Source: an uncultured Nitrospinota bacterium
GTDB lineage: Bacteria; Tectomicrobia; Entotheonellia; J063; CAVPRW01
Direction: 5' to 3'
Assembly: GCA_963707985.1 (NCBI GenBank)
Contig: CAVPRW010000017.1
Coordinates: forward strand, 256,001 to 320,000
Length of the DNA: 64,000 nt
Of the stretch, positions 9,881 to 19,384 are shown piece after piece; positions within the stretch are counted from its first letter, which is position 1, and every line of letters starts with the position of its first letter. A program made the position numbers and the translations under genes. The notes below the pieces were generated by a model. That model ran no database searches. It was given only the letters and a program-made list of their open reading frames with translations, and was not told the DNA's origin.

Positions 9881-11932
9881 CTATTTGCCAAGCCCGATTT
9901 TCTGGACCAGAGCAATAAACCGGGGGTCGGCACGCAGGCGGTCATAGACAGGATCAGCGTTGAGCAAGGTCAAATGGGGATCACGATCGCTATGGGCTTG
10001 CTCCAACCAGGTCAAGGCTTGCTCTGTCTCGTTCAGGCCGATGGCGATCCACGCAAAAGCCAAGGGCTTGACGTAGATGGTTTGGGCTTGCATGTGGAGT
10101 TCCGCCAACACTCGGCGGGCCTGGTCGTGCTGGCCGGATACGGCCAAGGCATAGCCAAGGTCCCACAGCGTCCAGGGGTCGCGCCCCCAGCGCTCGACCA
10201 TCTGCTGGCAGGCCGCCAGTGCTTCCGCAGCGAGACCCTGTTGCAATGAAGCGTACACCACGCCTGAATAGGCCATGCGCACGTTCGGGTCCATCGCCAG
10301 GGCCTTTTGGAAGTGTGCGAGCGCCCGGTCGTATTGGCGAGCCCAATAGAAGACCTGTCCAACACTGCGGGCGATCCCTGGGGACAGCGGATTCAGTTCC
10401 TGGGCCCGATGCATGACGGCAATGGCGTCCGGCTGTCGGCCCTGAGCGATCAAAAACCAGGCATAGCGCCGGTGCGTTGCGGCATCGTTGGGACTTAACG
10501 CCAGAGCGTGTTTAAAGGCCGTCTCCGCCCCGACCCAGTCCCAGGCATACCATAATTTCGCGCTGGCCATCGTCGTATGCACCTGCGCAATTGCCTCGCC
10601 ATGCTGCAAGGCCTGATCCACCGCAGCTAGCGCCTTGGGGAAGACCTCCAGGGGGCGAGTCGTCACCGATAGGAAGGGCAACAGGAGGTAGGCATCCGCC
10701 AAACCCGCGTATGCCAGTGCGAAGTTGGGGTCGCGGGCAATCGCTTGCTCAAAATACCCAATGGCCTGGCGCATACCGGCTTCGTTCCACTGGTTACGGA
10801 AGTAGCGCCCTTGCAAATACAAGGTGTAGGCCTCCAGATTCTCCGTGCCCGGGTCCTCAATCCGACGCTTCTCGCCGGCGGTCAGCTGCACCTTCAGCCG
10901 TTGCGCCACACGGGTGGCAATATCGCTTTGAATGCCAAACACCCCCGTCAGCTCCCGATCATACTCTTGGGACCACAGATAGCTCTGGCTGGCGACATCG
11001 ATGAGTTGTGCGCCAATCCGCACGTGATTGTCCGCGCGGCGGACGCTCCCTTCGAGAATCGTCCCGACTCGTAGCTCACGCCCGATGGTGGCGACATCTT
11101 TTAATGTTCCCTTATACTGCATCACCGAGGTCCGGGCGATTACCGTCAGGCCGTAAATCTGTGAAAGTTGTGCAATCAACTCCTCCGTCATGCCATCGGC
11201 GAAGTAGGCCCAGTCCCCTTCCGCACTGAGATCAATAAAGGGCAACACCGCGATCCTGGCCTTATCCAACGGCACTGCCAGTCGCTCGCGGACCACCTGC
11301 CAGAGGACCCATCCGCCCACGATCAGCAAGATCATGCTGGCCAGGGCCAGCCCCACACGGCCCACTCGCCCCCTCATGGATGATGGCCGACCCGTCGCCT
11401 CCCGTTCAGCTACGACGGTGGCCTGGCTCCCAGCGTCGCGTCCAATCTGCCCAGAATCACCATAGCTTGCCTTCCCTTGTCGTTCGCCGTCCAAGGCACC
11501 TCCGGGCTCTTGTGCGAGGGCCACAGGGGCCGTGACGACATCTGCCTGGCCGAAAGCGGACGCCCCCTGAAGCATCCGGCTGGTGGAAGCCAACGGTGCT
11601 GACACACCCGCACTCTTTGCCGGACACTCCTCCACGGAAGCGACAAAACGATACCCATAGCCGTGCAGCGTCTGTATGATGCTCTGGGCCTGTCCGCTGT
11701 CGCCCACCACCTGGCGTACTGTCCGGATGACCCCCTCCAAAGTTGCCTGACTAATGAACTGGTCCGGCCACACCTGGGTGCACAGCTCTTCCCGTGTGAC
11801 CACGCGGTCGCGGTGTTCCAGCAGACAGATACACACCCTGAACACTTTCGGTCGCAAGCGAATGGTCTGTCCACCGCGCTGCAACGTATACAGACTCGTG
11901 TCCAATTCACAGTCGCCAAATCGGTAGATCAT
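9881..11932 (-). CDS. Full-length wHTH-TM-TolB_N-like-TPR membrane-anchored regulator
   Basis: MIYRFGDCELD wHTH, TM VGLALASMILLIVGGWVLW, IAVLPFIDLS domain, then TPRs (AYTLYLQGRY, AIARDPNFALAYAGLADAY, ALALSPNDA). Confidence 0.85.
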   Translation of the reverse strand: MIYRFGDCELDTSLYTLQRGGQTIRLRPKVFRVCICLLEHRDRVVTREELCTQVWPDQFISQATLEGVIRTVRQVVGDSGQAQSIIQTLHGYGYRFVASVEECPAKSAGVSAPLASTSRMLQGASAFGQADVVTAPVALAQEPGGALDGERQGKASYGDSGQIGRDAGSQATVVAEREATGRPSSMRGRVGRVGLALASMILLIVGGWVLWQVVRERLAVPLDKARIAVLPFIDLSAEGDWAYFADGMTEELIAQLSQIYGLTVIARTSVMQYKGTLKDVATIGRELRVGTILEGSVRRADNHVRIGAQLIDVASQSYLWSQEYDRELTGVFGIQSDIATRVAQRLKVQLTAGEKRRIEDPGTENLEAYTLYLQGRYFRNQWNEAGMRQAIGYFEQAIARDPNFALAYAGLADAYLLLPFLSVTTRPLEVFPKALAAVDQALQHGEAIAQVHTTMASAKLWYAWDWVGAETAFKHALALSPNDAATHRRYAWFLIAQGRQPDAIAVMHRAQELNPLSPGIARSVGQVFYWARQYDRALAHFQKALAMDPNVRMAYSGVVYASLQQGLAAEALAACQQMVERWGRDPWTLWDLGYALAVSGQHDQARRVLAELHMQAQTIYVKPLAFAWIAIGLNETEQALTWLEQAHSDRDPHLTLLNADPVYDRLRADPRFIALVQKIGLGK

Positions 11933-12540
11933 GGCTTGTCGTCCCCCTAGAGAAGGGGCTGGATCGCGATGCCATCCACGCAATCCTGGGAGATGAACCA
12001 ACGCCTTGTAGAAGGGGTCATCTGTGCTGAGTGGCACATCACGGTGCCGCCTCGCACAGCAAGCTTAGATGCGGGTCAGTAGCTGCGGCCTTACTAGGAA
12101 GCGAGGTATAAATAAAGGAAGTGCATATATAGCCTGGGAGGTGGACGACGGCATGAAGTGCATTTGTCGCATCGGCAGGCTCCTTTGAGGGTGCTGCGAC
12201 ACCGGCTCCGCCTCAGGGTCTCTCGATCTCTGCTGGACTCCAATACAACCCTAAGCTATTTCAGCATCCAAGCGCTGCAGGATTAGCATGAGATGGCGGG
12301 ACTATAGATGAGCCTCTCGACGGTGTCAACAAAAATATTATATTCTGTGATGCAACCTTCACCTTCGCTACCAAGACGCATACATTTGTCCTGATTTTTC
12401 TGGATTTTCCTCAATTATCTGGCTATGAGGCGTCCATCGGTCCGACATCCTGGCGCAGTGTGATCGTTGCGGCTCTGGCCTCCATTTGCCCTCCCTCCAG
12501 TGCGGAACCAGCGGACCGTGTTGGCCATGGGCTCACATCG

Positions 12541-12625
12541 ATTCCCCCTGTTGATCAAGGGGGGAGGAACTGACCAGGTCCGGCAGCTGACGAAATCCCC
12601 CCATCCCCATTTTACAAAATGGGGC
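12541..12625. repeat. REP-like palindromes
   Basis: TTCCCCCTGTTGATCAAGGGGGGA and AAATCCCCCCATCCCCATTTTACAAAATGGGG, related to the 4361-4397 palindrome. Confidence 0.5.
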
Positions 12626-13055
12626 GGACTATGGGAGGTACTGCCTGGCCAAGGAGGTCTCCTGAACATGTACTAAAATAAAACTCTCGCGAGGGTGGGT
12701 TTTTTCTAATGTGGGACGCATACACGCTTCCGGCAGCGTCTCGTTTCATCTTGACCGGAGCTTCTATATATGCGATAGTTATAACTGATCTTCTGTACGC
12801 TGGTTGAGTTCCTCAATCTCCTCGAACCAGCTATCACTATACTCGTGTTCGCGTCAACTGTGTGGAGGAAGATCCTTCGGTAAGGGTTCACCCCCTCTCT
12901 TCTACAATCATCTTAACGGTTCAACTTCTCTACTTTTCGTAATCTCTGCAGCGTATGAGGAAAGACCTGGGAGTGCAGACTCCCGGTAACTGGCAGAAGG
13001 CCTTGCTTCATCTAACAGTCGTTGCTCATCCCCGGAAATATCAGGAGGAGACGAT

Positions 13056-14462
13056 ATGCCACTCACCGATCTACAATTGATGGCACACCTGTTTCGGCGC
13101 GCCGGCTTCGGTGCTGCGCGCGATGAGCTCGAAAAAGCCGTGTCCAAGGGCTATGAGGCCACGGTCGAGGAATTGCTGCACCCCGAGATCGCCCCTCCAG
13201 TCGAGGAAGACGTCCTGCAACGTTATTACCTGGATGCCAAGGAGTCGTTCCAACTCGACGGCGCCCAAATCGGCTGGGTCTACCGCCTGATCAACACCCA
13301 GCGGCCCCTGGAGGAGAAGATGGCTCTCTTCTGGCATGGGCTGTTTGCCACTGGTTTCAACAAGTGCGACGACCCGCGGGTCATCACCCAGCAGGTCGCG
13401 ATGCTCCGTCGTCACGGCCTGGGCAGCTTTCGTGAGCTCGTGGTGGAACTGTCCAGAGACCCGGCGATGATTTTCTGGCTGGATAACTGCGAGAGCACCG
13501 GGGTGGCCCCCAACGAAAATTATGGGCGCGAGTTGCTGGAGCTATTCTCCATGGGCATCGGCAACTATCTCGAGGACGACGTCAAAGCCGCCGCCCGCGC
13601 CTTTACCGGTTGGACTCTTGCGCCAACCCTGCCGCGCCAGCCGTACGGACGCTTCGACTGGCATTTTGAGTATCGGCCCGAGCTACACGACGACAGCGAG
13701 AAGACCTTCCTTGGCGAAACCGGGCGCTGGAACGGCGAGGATATCGTCAACATCATCGTCAAACAGCCGGCGAGCGCGCGCTTTATCGCTCGGCATCTGT
13801 ACAATTTCTTCGTCGCCGATGAGCCCCAGGTGCCCGCTTGGTCCATCGAGCCGCCGCGCGACCCACAGGCGGTTGAGACCCTGGCGACCGCCTTCCGTGA
13901 GTCGCACTATGACATGCGCTCGGTCATGCGCACGCTCTTCCTGTCGGATTTCTTCCGCTCCGAGGCGGCCTATTTCGCCAAGGTTAAGAGTCCCGTGGAG
14001 CACGTCATCGGCACCATGCGGTTGGTCAAGGATTTCACCTTCCCCAAGCTCGGCCTGCGCGAGATCGCCCTGGAGTGCCGGTACATGGGACAGGATTTGC
14101 TGAATCCCCCCAGCGTCGAGGGCTGGCATACCGGCAAGGAGTGGATCGATACCGGCTGTTTGGTGGAACGCATCAACTTTGCGGCCCAGCAGGTTAAGGA
14201 TGTCACCAAGCCAGGCGTGGGCTTGATCATTGACCGACTCAAGGCTGTGAGCCCGCTGTCGCCGGAGCGTTTCGCCGACCTGTGTGTCGAGCTTGTCGGG
14301 CCGCTGACCGTGTCTCAGGAAACGCGCGACGCGCTGCTGCATTATGCCCGCTTGGGGGGTGACCTCCGCTTTGGCAGTGCCGATGAGGATCGTGTCGCTG
14401 CCCAGCGTGTCAGCGAGTTGCTGCAGCTCATCGTGGCTTCGCGTGAATTTCAATTGAATTAG
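13056..14462 (+). CDS. DUF1800 family protein
   Basis: AHLFRRAGFG, PLEEKMALFWHGLFAT, DPAMIFWLDN, PNENYGRELLELFSMG, PPSVEGW; RBS AGGAGG. Confidence 0.85.
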   Translation: MPLTDLQLMAHLFRRAGFGAARDELEKAVSKGYEATVEELLHPEIAPPVEEDVLQRYYLDAKESFQLDGAQIGWVYRLINTQRPLEEKMALFWHGLFATGFNKCDDPRVITQQVAMLRRHGLGSFRELVVELSRDPAMIFWLDNCESTGVAPNENYGRELLELFSMGIGNYLEDDVKAAARAFTGWTLAPTLPRQPYGRFDWHFEYRPELHDDSEKTFLGETGRWNGEDIVNIIVKQPASARFIARHLYNFFVADEPQVPAWSIEPPRDPQAVETLATAFRESHYDMRSVMRTLFLSDFFRSEAAYFAKVKSPVEHVIGTMRLVKDFTFPKLGLREIALECRYMGQDLLNPPSVEGWHTGKEWIDTGCLVERINFAAQQVKDVTKPGVGLIIDRLKAVSPLSPERFADLCVELVGPLTVSQETRDALLHYARLGGDLRFGSADEDRVAAQRVSELLQLIVASREFQLN

Positions 14463-14558
14463 AGAGAGTGCCGAGTGAAGAAATCACCCGAAGCTCTGCC
14501 CTCGGAACGCCGCGTGTAGTCCTCAGGACTCAGCAATTCTGTTGAACGGGAGGCAACC

Positions 14559-15713
14559 ATGACAAATCAGACTACCAACGGCAAACCCCCTACCCTGGTC
14601 GTACTGCAGATGGCCGGGGCCAACGATTATCTGAATACCGTGATCCCCTACTCGAATCCGTTGTATTACGACAATCGGCCGACTGTACGCATTCCGGAAG
14701 ATCAAGTGCTGCAAATCGATGATCAGCTCGGCTTCCACCCCAGCATGCGTACCATCAAACGCCTCTATGACGAAGGGAAAGTCGCCATTATCCATGGCAT
14801 CGGCTATCCCAACCCCAATTACTCACATTTTCGCTCCACCGACATCTGGTATACCTGCGAGCCGGATAAAGTCTCTTCGGAGGGGTGGCTGGGCAAAGCC
14901 GTGCGCGATCTTGACCCCAAGGGCGAGAATGTGCTCACCGCGGTCAATTTCGGACGGGGCATGCCGCGCGCCCTGGCCCTGCGCGGCGTACCTGTGGCGT
15001 CGGTGGCGCAGCTCGACACCTATGGTGTCCTGTCGACCCTGACAGGCGCGACACGACCACTGGTGATGGAAGCCTTTACCCGCATGTACAGCGGTCCAGG
15101 GGCTGGGAACGAGGTGCTGCGCTATATGGGCCAGACCGGGCTGGATGCGCAGAAAGGGGCGGATATCCTGCGATCGGCCGCCGACAAGTACGCTTCCACC
15201 GTGCAATATCCCGAGGGCAACCCGGTTGCCGCCAACCTCAAGGCGGTGGCCCAGGTGAAGTTCGCCGACCTCGGCACGCGCATCTTCTATACCGCTCATG
15301 GTAGCTTCGATACGCATGCCTCCGAGCTGCCAGCGCATGCCAAGCTGTGGAAGGATGTCGATGGCGCCATTGACGTCTTCTTCCAGGATCTGCAGGCTCA
15401 TCAAGAGGCTGATAACACGATCATGCTGTTGTGGACGGAATTCGGCCGACGCGTTCGGGATAATGGCTCGGGCACCGACCATGGAGCCGGTGGCATGGCG
15501 ATGGTCATCGGCGAACAGGTCAAAGGTGGGATGTATTGCACGTATCCTTCGCTGCGGGACGCTGACCTGACCCAGCCATCGGAAGGCATGTTCGGTAACC
15601 TGCGCTATAACTACGATTTTCGGGGCCTGTACTCGACCATTCTGGAGCGCTGGTTGGGTCTCGACGCTAAGGCCATCGTCGGCGGATCATTTGAACAATT
15701 GGCCTTTGTCTAA
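14559..15713 (+). CDS. DUF1501 family protein
   Basis: LVVLQMAGANDYLNTVIP, GYPNPNYSHFRS, FDTH, TEFGRRVRDNGSGTDHG. Confidence 0.85.
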   Translation: MTNQTTNGKPPTLVVLQMAGANDYLNTVIPYSNPLYYDNRPTVRIPEDQVLQIDDQLGFHPSMRTIKRLYDEGKVAIIHGIGYPNPNYSHFRSTDIWYTCEPDKVSSEGWLGKAVRDLDPKGENVLTAVNFGRGMPRALALRGVPVASVAQLDTYGVLSTLTGATRPLVMEAFTRMYSGPGAGNEVLRYMGQTGLDAQKGADILRSAADKYASTVQYPEGNPVAANLKAVAQVKFADLGTRIFYTAHGSFDTHASELPAHAKLWKDVDGAIDVFFQDLQAHQEADNTIMLLWTEFGRRVRDNGSGTDHGAGGMAMVIGEQVKGGMYCTYPSLRDADLTQPSEGMFGNLRYNYDFRGLYSTILERWLGLDAKAIVGGSFEQLAFV

Positions 15714-15851
15714 GAGGGCTGACGGGAACCGAAAATGGACGTGGCAGACCCGGATCATCGGCGCGTACCTGCGTACATCTGCGGTTCCAGAAGGGTGCTG
15801 CCAGTCGATCTTCGGCACTCGTCACGCAGCATTGTTTTCGGGGAGGCTTCC

Positions 15852-16814
15852 ATGAGCGCTAAGATCGGATTCCGCTACCACCAAACCATCGGCCTGCTGG
15901 CCCAGACCGGCCGAGGCTTTAGCCTACCTGTCGATTTCGCCTTTGGCCAGGGGGGTGTGTTATTTGTTGTCAACCGTGGCACACCCGTGCAACGCAATAC
16001 GCACGTCACCATCTGTACCGTGGATGGCGATTACCGGGCTGATTTTGGGACCTACGGTACTGGTGATGGCCAATTTATTTGGCCCACCGCCGCCGCCGTG
16101 GACCGTGATGGTTGCGTCTACATCAGCTCCGAGAGCGAACATCGCATTCAGAAGTTCAGCCCTAGCGGACAGTTTCTCGGGAAGTGGGGCACGCTGGGCG
16201 ACGGCGATGGGGAACTGAATGGCCCCTCAGCCATGGTTTTCGATCAGGAGGACCACCTCTTTGTCGTTGACCATCACAATAATCGAGTTCAAAAATTCAC
16301 CAAAGATGGGAAATTCTTGCTGAAGTGGGGCGAGAAGGGGGAAGGCGACGGTCAGTTCAATCTGCCCTGGGGTATCGGTCTCGATGCCGCCGGGAACGTC
16401 TACGTGGCCGATTGGCGCAATGACCGCGTGCAGAAATTCGATCCGGCCGGCACATTTCTCGCTGCCTTCGGGACGCCAGGCCACGACGATGGGGAGTTTC
16501 ATCGCCCCAGTAGCGTCGCCGTGGACGGGGATGGCAATATGTATGTCGCCGATTGGGGCAATAACCGGCTCCAGGTGTTGGGATCGGACGGCAGTTTCCG
16601 CGCCAAGCTATTGGGTGATGCGGGTCTTTCCAAGTGGGCCGCCGAATACCTCCCATCCAACCCGGATTACATGCAACAACGCGAAGTTGCCAAGAACCGT
16701 GAGGTGGAGCGCTTTCTGTGGGGACCCACCTCGGTCAAGCTTGACGCCGAGGGGCTGATCTATATCGTTGATAGCTGCCGGTATCGCCTGCAGATTTATC
16801 GCCGCGTCTATTAG
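15852..16814 (+). CDS. NHL-repeat beta-propeller protein
   Basis: Repeats of GxGDGQFxxPxxxAVDxxGxVYVADxxNxRVQKF; RBS GGAGG before ATG 15852. Confidence 0.85.
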   Translation: MSAKIGFRYHQTIGLLAQTGRGFSLPVDFAFGQGGVLFVVNRGTPVQRNTHVTICTVDGDYRADFGTYGTGDGQFIWPTAAAVDRDGCVYISSESEHRIQKFSPSGQFLGKWGTLGDGDGELNGPSAMVFDQEDHLFVVDHHNNRVQKFTKDGKFLLKWGEKGEGDGQFNLPWGIGLDAAGNVYVADWRNDRVQKFDPAGTFLAAFGTPGHDDGEFHRPSSVAVDGDGNMYVADWGNNRLQVLGSDGSFRAKLLGDAGLSKWAAEYLPSNPDYMQQREVAKNREVERFLWGPTSVKLDAEGLIYIVDSCRYRLQIYRRVY

Positions 16815-16849
16815 CGGGACTGCCGATGCAGCGCCCGCGCTGCTGATTG

Positions 16850-16884
16850 CCAGGCCCGTGGTCGTTACCGATCCACGGGCCTGG
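16850..16884 (+). terminator. Hairpin after NHL gene
   Basis: Perfect 12-bp stem CCAGGCCCGTGG/CCACGGGCCTGG; no U-tract. Confidence 0.45.
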
Positions 16885-16889
16885 ACCGA

Positions 16890-17115
16890 ACCTGAGATCA
16901 GCCAAATCTTGCACGTTGCTCTTCCCGCACTACTGATGGCTGTTAACCTAACCCTAAGTTCACTCGCCTCAAGGGACTCAATGACTATATCGCGCTCTGG
17001 AGCTATGGTCTGCAGAACGCCCTGCTGCCGGTGATCACGTTTGCCGTCACGCCTTTCGTCCAGTTCCTGGGGATGGGGACGGTGGTGACCGAGACGGTGT
17101 TTGCCTGGTCAGGTG
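16890..17115 (+). pseudogene. Degenerate fragment of DppB-type ABC permease
   Basis: ILHVALPALLMA, then in another frame KFTRLKGLNDYIALWSYGLQNALLPVITFAVTPFVQFLGMGTVVTETVFAWSG, matching the EAA-loop/NALLPVIT...VVTETVFAWPG motif. Confidence 0.7.
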
Positions 17116-17222
17116 CTTATCAGACCGGATCAGAGTGAGGCGGTGAGCAGACGTCCAAATCCTGGTATACTCCGAGGCGAGGACGGGTGGATGCATCGAA
17201 TTCGCACAGAGGGAGGACAGCG

Positions 17223-17942
17223 ATGGCCGTGCCTGCACCTGAACACCAACCAGCCACAGCGCCAACCGTGGGGGACCAGCGTCTGCGGATGAGCTACGAA
17301 GAGTTTTTGGCCTGGGCAGATGAGGATGTGCATGCAGAGTGGGTGGACGGAGAGGTGATCGTACAGATGCCGCCGAAAGAGCCACACCAACGAGTTGTTG
17401 CCTTCCTGATACAATTGATGGGCCTGTTCATTCAGCTCTATAACTTAGGGCGGCTCCTACCCGCCCCCTTCGAGATGCGAGCATTCCCAGATGGCGCAGC
17501 ACGCGAGCCCGACCTGATCTTTATCGCCCGCGAGCACCTGGACCGGCTCAGTCAGGAACGTCTGAGCGGCCCTGCCGACCTCGTCGTCGAGGTGATTTCC
17601 GATGACAGCGTCGCCCGCGATCGCGCCGACAAGTTTTACGAATACCAGGAGGCGGGGGTGCGAGAATACTGGATCCTCGATTCCCGTCCTGGCCGCGAGC
17701 GCACGGACTTTTATGTGCTCGACGACAAGGGGCGCTATCGCCCCGTGCCGCCGGACGCCGACGGCCGTTACCAATCAACGGTCCTGCCGGGCTTCTGGCT
17801 CTATGTGGATTGGGTCACGTCGGTCGAGCCACCCGCCGTCTTGACGGCGCTGGCGCAGATCGTGGGACCGCAAAAACTGGTGGAGGCGATCGAAGCCAGC
17901 GCGGGGACAAGCAACGTCGACAGGACTACCGGCGTGTCCTGA
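17223..17942 (+). CDS. Uma2 (DUF820) family putative endonuclease
   Basis: MSYEEFL, EWVDGEV, EPDLIF, DLVVEVIS, YQEAGVREYWILD. Confidence 0.85.
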   Translation: MAVPAPEHQPATAPTVGDQRLRMSYEEFLAWADEDVHAEWVDGEVIVQMPPKEPHQRVVAFLIQLMGLFIQLYNLGRLLPAPFEMRAFPDGAAREPDLIFIAREHLDRLSQERLSGPADLVVEVISDDSVARDRADKFYEYQEAGVREYWILDSRPGRERTDFYVLDDKGRYRPVPPDADGRYQSTVLPGFWLYVDWVTSVEPPAVLTALAQIVGPQKLVEAIEASAGTSNVDRTTGVS

Positions 17943-18031
17943 GCGAGAGCGTGGCGGTGGTCCTCGCCCCCCAGGGACGAGGACATGTGATCGTGATCTT
18001 AATGTTCTTCAACTTCACCGCCAACGATGAC

Positions 18032-18343
18032 CTACTTTTTCTCGTCAAACACTTGCTTGGCGATCTGCACCGCATTGGCAGCCGTTGGCCAGCCACCGTA
18101 GAAGGCGACGTGGGTGATGATTTCACCGATCTCTTCTTGGGTGACGCCGTTATCGAGAGCGCGGCGGATGTGCCCACGCAACTGCTCGGTGCGATAGAGT
18201 GCCGTCAGGACGCCGACCGTGATCATACTGCGGTCGCGTTTGGAGAGCTCGGGACGTTCCCACACGTCGCCAAACAGTACATTTGCGGACAGCTCAGCCA
18301 ATTTTGGCGCAACCTCTTGTTGGGCAGTTCGTCCTTCAGCCAT
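18032..18343 (-). CDS. Carboxymuconolactone decarboxylase (CMD/AhpD-like) family protein
   Basis: LFGDVWERPELSKRDRSMITV...QLRGHIRRALDNGVT.EEI.EIITHVAFYGGWP. Confidence 0.85.
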   Translation of the reverse strand: MAEGRTAQQEVAPKLAELSANVLFGDVWERPELSKRDRSMITVGVLTALYRTEQLRGHIRRALDNGVTQEEIGEIITHVAFYGGWPTAANAVQIAKQVFDEKK

Positions 18344-18502
18344 AACGACTCCTTTGCGCATGTATCATTGTCTCAGGACAGCACGAAAGTTCACGTGCGC
18401 GCAGTATACTATGGACGCGTCGAGAAGCATAGTGTCCGCGATCACACGACTCCCACAACCGCTCATCTAACCAAGGAGATCTCATTCAGGAGGCCCGTTC
18501 CT

Positions 18503-19264
18503 ATGGAGTGGATCACCGATCCGCAAGCCTGGATCGCGTTCGTCACCCTGGTAGCGCTTGAGCTCGTCCTCGGCATCGATAACGTCGTGTTCATCTCTAT
18601 CCTGGCGGGGAAACTGCCGGGCGACCAGCCGAAGAAAGCCCGCTTGTTAGGCTTGGGCCTGGCCATGCTGATGCGCATCGGCCTGCTGTTCTCGCTGTCC
18701 TGGATCATCGGGCTGACCGCACCGCTCCTGGTCATCATGGGCCACGAGCTGTCCGGGCGTGATCTGATCCTTATCGGCGGCGGCCTGTTCCTCATCGCCA
18801 AAAGCACGCATGAGATTCACCAGAAGCTCGAAGGCTCGGAAGGTGAGGCATCCGGGCGGGTCAGCGCGTCATTCGTCAGCACCATCGTGCAGATTCTTCT
18901 ACTGGACATCGTCTTTTCGCTGGACTCGGTCCTGACCGCCATCGGGATGGTGCAACAGATTGAGATCATGATCGCAGCCGTGGTCATTGCCGTCGTGTTC
19001 ATGATGCTTTTCGCCGGTGTCATCGGCGATTTTGTGCATCGCCATCCAACCGTCAAAATGTTGGCGCTGAGTTTCTTGCTGCTCATCGGTGTCATGTTGA
19101 TTGTCGATGGCTTCGGCCAGCATATCCCCCGCGGTTATATCTATTTTGCCATGGGGTTCTCGGTATTTGTTGAGATGCTCAATTTGCGCTTACGCAAAAC
19201 GCCTGCCCCACCCATTGAATTGCGCCAGCCTTATACCCCAGGGGTGAGACCTCAAACCCAGTGA
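18503..19264 (+). CDS. TerC family membrane protein
   Basis: LELVLGIDNVVFISIL, QILLLDIVFSLDSVLTAIG, HPTVKMLALSFLLLIG. Confidence 0.9.
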   Translation: MEWITDPQAWIAFVTLVALELVLGIDNVVFISILAGKLPGDQPKKARLLGLGLAMLMRIGLLFSLSWIIGLTAPLLVIMGHELSGRDLILIGGGLFLIAKSTHEIHQKLEGSEGEASGRVSASFVSTIVQILLLDIVFSLDSVLTAIGMVQQIEIMIAAVVIAVVFMMLFAGVIGDFVHRHPTVKMLALSFLLLIGVMLIVDGFGQHIPRGYIYFAMGFSVFVEMLNLRLRKTPAPPIELRQPYTPGVRPQTQ

Positions 19265-19384
19265 GCTACCCGTGTCCACCCTAGCCCCGTGTATCGGGCT
19301 GAGAGCAGCGAGCAGAGATTGGACCTCACGAAGTCAACCACCAGATAGACCGTGGCCTAACGGTCAACAAGGGAGCCGCTACCG

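Noticed and set aside
17810..18502. Long N-terminal extension on TerC
   Set aside because: It overlaps the opposite-strand CMD gene; an AGGAGG RBS supports ATG 18503.
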